In this document: piece by piece, positions 25,804 through 29,018 of the stretch
How the letters are laid out: each line of letters opens with the position of its first letter
How positions within the stretch are numbered: the first letter of the stretch is position 1
Virus record (IMG/VR): IMGVR_UViG_3300043184_000211
Location: 1 to 29,018 of that record
Direction: 5' to 3' (one strand)
Length of the DNA stretch: 29,018 bases
From: a virus
Taxonomy: Duplodnaviria > Caudoviricetes
Translations under genes and position numbers: made by a program
Notes under the pieces: model-generated
Databases searched by the model: none
What the model was told of the DNA's origin: nothing
The model's input: only the letters and a program-made list of their open reading frames with translations

Positions 25804-26361
25804 GTGCCAACCTTCGGTCGAACTGCCGCCGGCGGCTCTAGCTTCCCCTGCTCTGGCGATCGCGCGCTGGCCTCGCGATTCGAGCTGCTCGAGGATGGCG
25901 ACATCACCTCCATCACCGTCTTCGTGGACGGCGCCGGCATCAATCCAGGCTGCAACGTCAAGGCGATGGTCTACAGCGACGGCGCGGGCCCCTTGCCGGC
26001 GAACCTGCTGGCAACCTCACCACCGCAGTTCGTCGCAAACGCGGAGGCGGCTGTCGAGTTCACCCTTTCATCCGCGCTTCCCTTGACCGCTGGCTTCTAC
26101 TGGCTGGCGGTGGTGACCGATAGCTTCGAGCTGCGCATGAACTGCACCTCAGGCGCAGGCCTGAAGCGGCGGGAGGGACACACCTACGCGAGCCCTGCGG
26201 CCGCGTGGACGACCGACAACAACGGTGCCGATGGGCTCGACATCTTCGCGACCTACACGGTCCCCGCGCCGCCTGCTGAGCAGGAGGCGCGGGTGCTGGT
26301 CGGGCCCGGCGGCGAAATGGTGGTCGACGACGGATTCGGCGTCGTCGTTGCTGTGTTGTAG
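25804..26361 (+). CDS. Beta-sandwich virion protein (DUF4082-like)
   Basis: A.RF....G.ITSI, VYSD...P..LLA, L.AG.YWLAV motifs. Confidence 0.6.
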   Translation: MPTFGRTAAGGSSFPCSGDRALASRFELLEDGDITSITVFVDGAGINPGCNVKAMVYSDGAGPLPANLLATSPPQFVANAEAAVEFTLSSALPLTAGFYWLAVVTDSFELRMNCTSGAGLKRREGHTYASPAAAWTTDNNGADGLDIFATYTVPAPPAEQEARVLVGPGGEMVVDDGFGVVVAVL

Positions 26362-26370
26362 CTGTAGAAG

Positions 26371-26467
26371 AGGATGCGGTCAGCGCGCGTTGGCGCGCAC
26401 GCTGACCGCCGTGTTCCGGAGTGAGCCGGTCCACAGCCAAGGCATCCTGCCGTCACGTGCCGGCAGG
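26371..26467 (+). promoter_or_regulatory. Structured leader upstream of the methyltransferase
   Basis: Stems 26376-85/26400-09 (10 bp), 26371-77/26442-48, 26416-19/26426-29 and 26446-52/26461-67. Confidence 0.45.
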
Positions 26468-26505
26468 TGCATTGTTCCTAGGCCAGTCTCAGATCCGGAG
26501 ATCGC

Positions 26506-27270
26506 ATGACTCGTACTCTGTTCCCGTGGCCCGGAGGAAAGCGCCGGCTCGCCAAGCGGCTGATCGCAATGCTCCCCGAGCACACCTGCTACGTGGAGGC
26601 GTTCGCCGGTGGCGGCGCGGTGCTCTTTCACAAGCAGCCTTCCGAGGTGGAAGTGCTCAACGATATCAACGGCGAGCTCGTGAACCTTTACCGTGTCGTT
26701 CAGCACCACCTCGATGAGTTCGTGAGGCAGTTCCGCTTCGCGCTGGTCAGCCGCCAACTCTTCGAGTGGGCGAAGATGGCGGTGCCCGAGACCCTCACCG
26801 ACGTTCAGCGCGCGGCGAGGTGGTTCTACCTGCAGCAGAACGCCTTCGGCGGCAAGGCCACGGGACAGACGTTCGGCTACTCGCCGACGGTCGCTCCCAG
26901 GCTGAACCTGCTGCGGGTGGAGGAGGACCTCAGCGCGGCGCATCTTCGGCTCGCGCGCGTGGTAGTGGAGCACCTCGGCTGGGAGGCGTGCGTTGAGCGC
27001 TATGACCGGCCTGGCACCGTGTTCCTGCTGGACCCTCCCTACTGGCAGGTCGAGGGTTACGGGGTGCCGTTCGAGGCCGCTCAATACCGGCTTCTTGCGC
27101 GCGTCATGGGGCGTTTGAAGGGGCGCGCGATCCTCACAATCAACGACCACCCGGACATGCGCCAGGCCTTCCGGCGGTTCCCCTTCGAGGAGGCCCAGGT
27201 CACCTACACCCTGGCCGGCGGCCGGGGTGCCAAGAGAGCCACCGAGCTGGTCTACCGGACCTGGGAATGA
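26506..27270 (+). CDS. DNA adenine methyltransferase (D12/Dam-like) at the mom position
   Basis: W.GGK, YVEAFAGGGAV, NDIN..L.N.Y, DPPY motifs; last phage gene. Confidence 0.95.
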   Translation: MTRTLFPWPGGKRRLAKRLIAMLPEHTCYVEAFAGGGAVLFHKQPSEVEVLNDINGELVNLYRVVQHHLDEFVRQFRFALVSRQLFEWAKMAVPETLTDVQRAARWFYLQQNAFGGKATGQTFGYSPTVAPRLNLLRVEEDLSAAHLRLARVVVEHLGWEACVERYDRPGTVFLLDPPYWQVEGYGVPFEAAQYRLLARVMGRLKGRAILTINDHPDMRQAFRRFPFEEAQVTYTLAGGRGAKRATELVYRTWE

Positions 27271-27319
27271 CCCCGTCCAGGGGCGCGGCTGGGGTCGCCC
27301 GGCGCCCCGTTTTGGTCAG

Positions 27320-27366
27320 TTGCCATTCCGCGTGGGACGATTTGCCATTCGATTTGGCCGCCTACA
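27320..27366. repeat. Prophage right end with tandem transposase-binding repeats
   Basis: TTGCCATTC-N4-TGG at 27320 and 27342 (22-bp period); terminus ...GCCGCCTACA (TGT on -). Predicted 5-bp target duplication CCACC at 27367-27371. Confidence 0.8.
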
Positions 27367-29018
27367 CCACCGAGGGCGGCGTGCGCCTGCTCGAAGGCGG
27401 CCAGCTCTCCACCCCGGCGTGGTCGCAGCCGGTCGATGGCGCCTTCGTGGCCGCGCTCGACCGCGTGCAGCCGGACCTGACCATCGTGAGCACCGTCGAC
27501 CGCGGATTCGGGGTGCTTGTCGCCGACCGGCTGCAGATGGTGGAGTTCACGCCCGAACTCGCCGTGCTGTCGGCGTGGGGCGCGCGCCTCGCCGGCCAGA
27601 ACGTGTACGTCACCGCCGCCGAGGGCGTGGTGTCGCTGCCGGTCGACGACCTGCGCGCCTGGTGGCGCGACCCGTCGGCGCGGGTCGACTGGCGGGTGCC
27701 GGCCAGCATCGCGGGCAACCTGCGCGGCAGCCAGCGCGCGCGCTGCTGCAACGGCGGCGCGCGCGCGCGGATGGTGGTCGACGGCCCGCGGATCTGGCTG
27801 CCGACCATCGACGGCGTGATCGCGCTGGACCTCGACGACCTCGAACGCAGCGTCGAGACCCCGGTGGTGCACGTCGAAAGCGCGACCCATGCGGGCCGCG
27901 TCCACACCCCGCTGGCCGATGGCGCGCCGCTGGTGGTCGACGGCGCCGCGCGCGACCTCGCGGTGCGCTTCACCGCGATCGCGCACCGCGATCCCCAGGG
28001 ACTTCGCTTCGCCTACCGCCTCGACGGCTTCGACACCGACTGGGTGGACGCCGGCGCGCGTCGGGAGGCCTTCTACACCAACCTCCCGCCGGGCGAGTTC
28101 ACCTTCCGCGTGCGCGCCGAGGCGGCGTCGCGGATCGGCAGCCCCGAGGACGCGACCCTCGCGGTGCGCGTGCCGCCGCGCTGGCACGAGCGCGTCGGCA
28201 CGCGGCTGGGCCTGCTGTTCGCCGCGCTGGCCGTTCTGGTCGCGCTGCTGCGCTCGGCGGTGGGCTGGCGCGAACGCGCGTTCGCCGCGCGCGAAGCGCG
28301 GCTGCGCGACGAGGTCGAACAGCGCACCGCGGAGCTCGCCCACGCCAACGCGCAGCTGCGCGCAGCCAACCGCGCGCTGGCGCAGGAGAGCGAGACCGAT
28401 CCGCTGACCGGGCTGCCGAACCGGCGCTGGCTGCTCAACCACCTCGGCGACTGGCTGCGCGCCGGCGGCGTCGCGGAGGACGAGTGCGCGGTGCTGGCGA
28501 TGTTCGACCTCGACCGCTTCCAGGAGATCAATACCCGCCTCGGCCGTGCCGCCGGCGATGCCCTGCTGCGCCAGTTCGGCACCCTGCTCGGCACGCTGGC
28601 GGGCCCGCAGGGCATGGTGGTGCGCTGGGGTGGCGAGGACTTCCTGGTGGTGCAGCGCGGGGTCCCGCGCGAGCAGGCGACGGCGCGCGCCGCCGCCCTC
28701 TGGCGCGCCGCGCAGGAGCACCTTCACCCGGCCCCGGACGGCACGCCGATGCTGCTGCCCTGCTCCGTGGGCTACTCGCTCTGGCCGCCGGCGCGCGGCG
28801 CCAGCGCCGTGCCGTGGAGCGCGTCTCTGGAAATGGCCGATGCCGCGGCATGGCGCGTGCGCGCCGAGGCGCGCAAGGGTTTCGGCGGCCTGCTGCTCGC
28901 CGAAGGCGCCGACCCGGCGCTGCTCTCCGGCGGCATCGTCGGCCGCCTCGATGCGCTGCTGCGCGGTGGCGTGCTGCAGTGGGAACGCTTCGACGGGCGC
29001 CCGCGCGCGCCGAACTGA
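27367..29018 (+). pseudogene. 3' part of a host beta-propeller / Y_Y_Y / TM / GGDEF sensor gene, disrupted by the prophage
   Basis: Begins mid-propeller blade (TEGGV). Y_Y_Y motif FAYRLDGFD..W...YTNLPPG.FTFRVRA, a TM helix, then DPLTGLPNRR, DLD.F..IN and RWGGEDF. Confidence 0.85.

Larger units (their letters stand above)
118..27366 (+). mobile_element. Mu-like transposable prophage, late half to right end
   Basis: Mu-type gene order gp26-27-28-29-F-G-I/Z-capsid-gp36, terminal methylase, end in ...TACA with tandem end repeats, abrupt switch to a host gene. Confidence 0.92.

Noticed and set aside
19071-26361. Diversity-generating retroelement or invertible tail-fibre segment
   Set aside because: No reverse transcriptase, invertase, TR/VR pair or inverted recombination sites seen by eye.
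27314-27321. GGTCAGTT shared between the IS21 end repeats and the phage right end
   Set aside because: Only 8 bp, also present at 5589-5596 and outside the phage end repeat consensus; likely chance.

Overview
GC-rich window holding the late (morphogenesis) half of a Mu-like transposable prophage with a non-contractile siphovirus-type tail. Positions 1-117 are the left end of an IS21-family element (istA starts on the - strand) that interrupts a small phage gene. The + strand then carries: a TraR/DksA zinc finger, a DUF2730-like gene, Mu gp26/27/28/29-like genes (HTH, small and large terminase, portal), MuF, G, protease/scaffold, decoration, capsid, head-tail joining genes, tail tube, a frameshifted chaperone, an 1804-aa tape measure, tail-tip/fibre genes and a Dam-like methyltransferase. 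The prophage right end (...TACA, 27366) sits inside a host beta-propeller/Y_Y_Y/GGDEF gene. The most unusual part is 4960-7440. It holds (i) an antisense two-gene moron between portal and MuF, under a complete C4/CI-type antisense-RNA switch; (ii) a + strand open frame bridging that moron, coupled at both ends; and (iii) a separately promoted ~98-nt structured antisense RNA directly after MuF's toxin-like C-terminal domain, where an immunity gene would be expected. Family names come from recognised motifs and gene order only; no searches were run.
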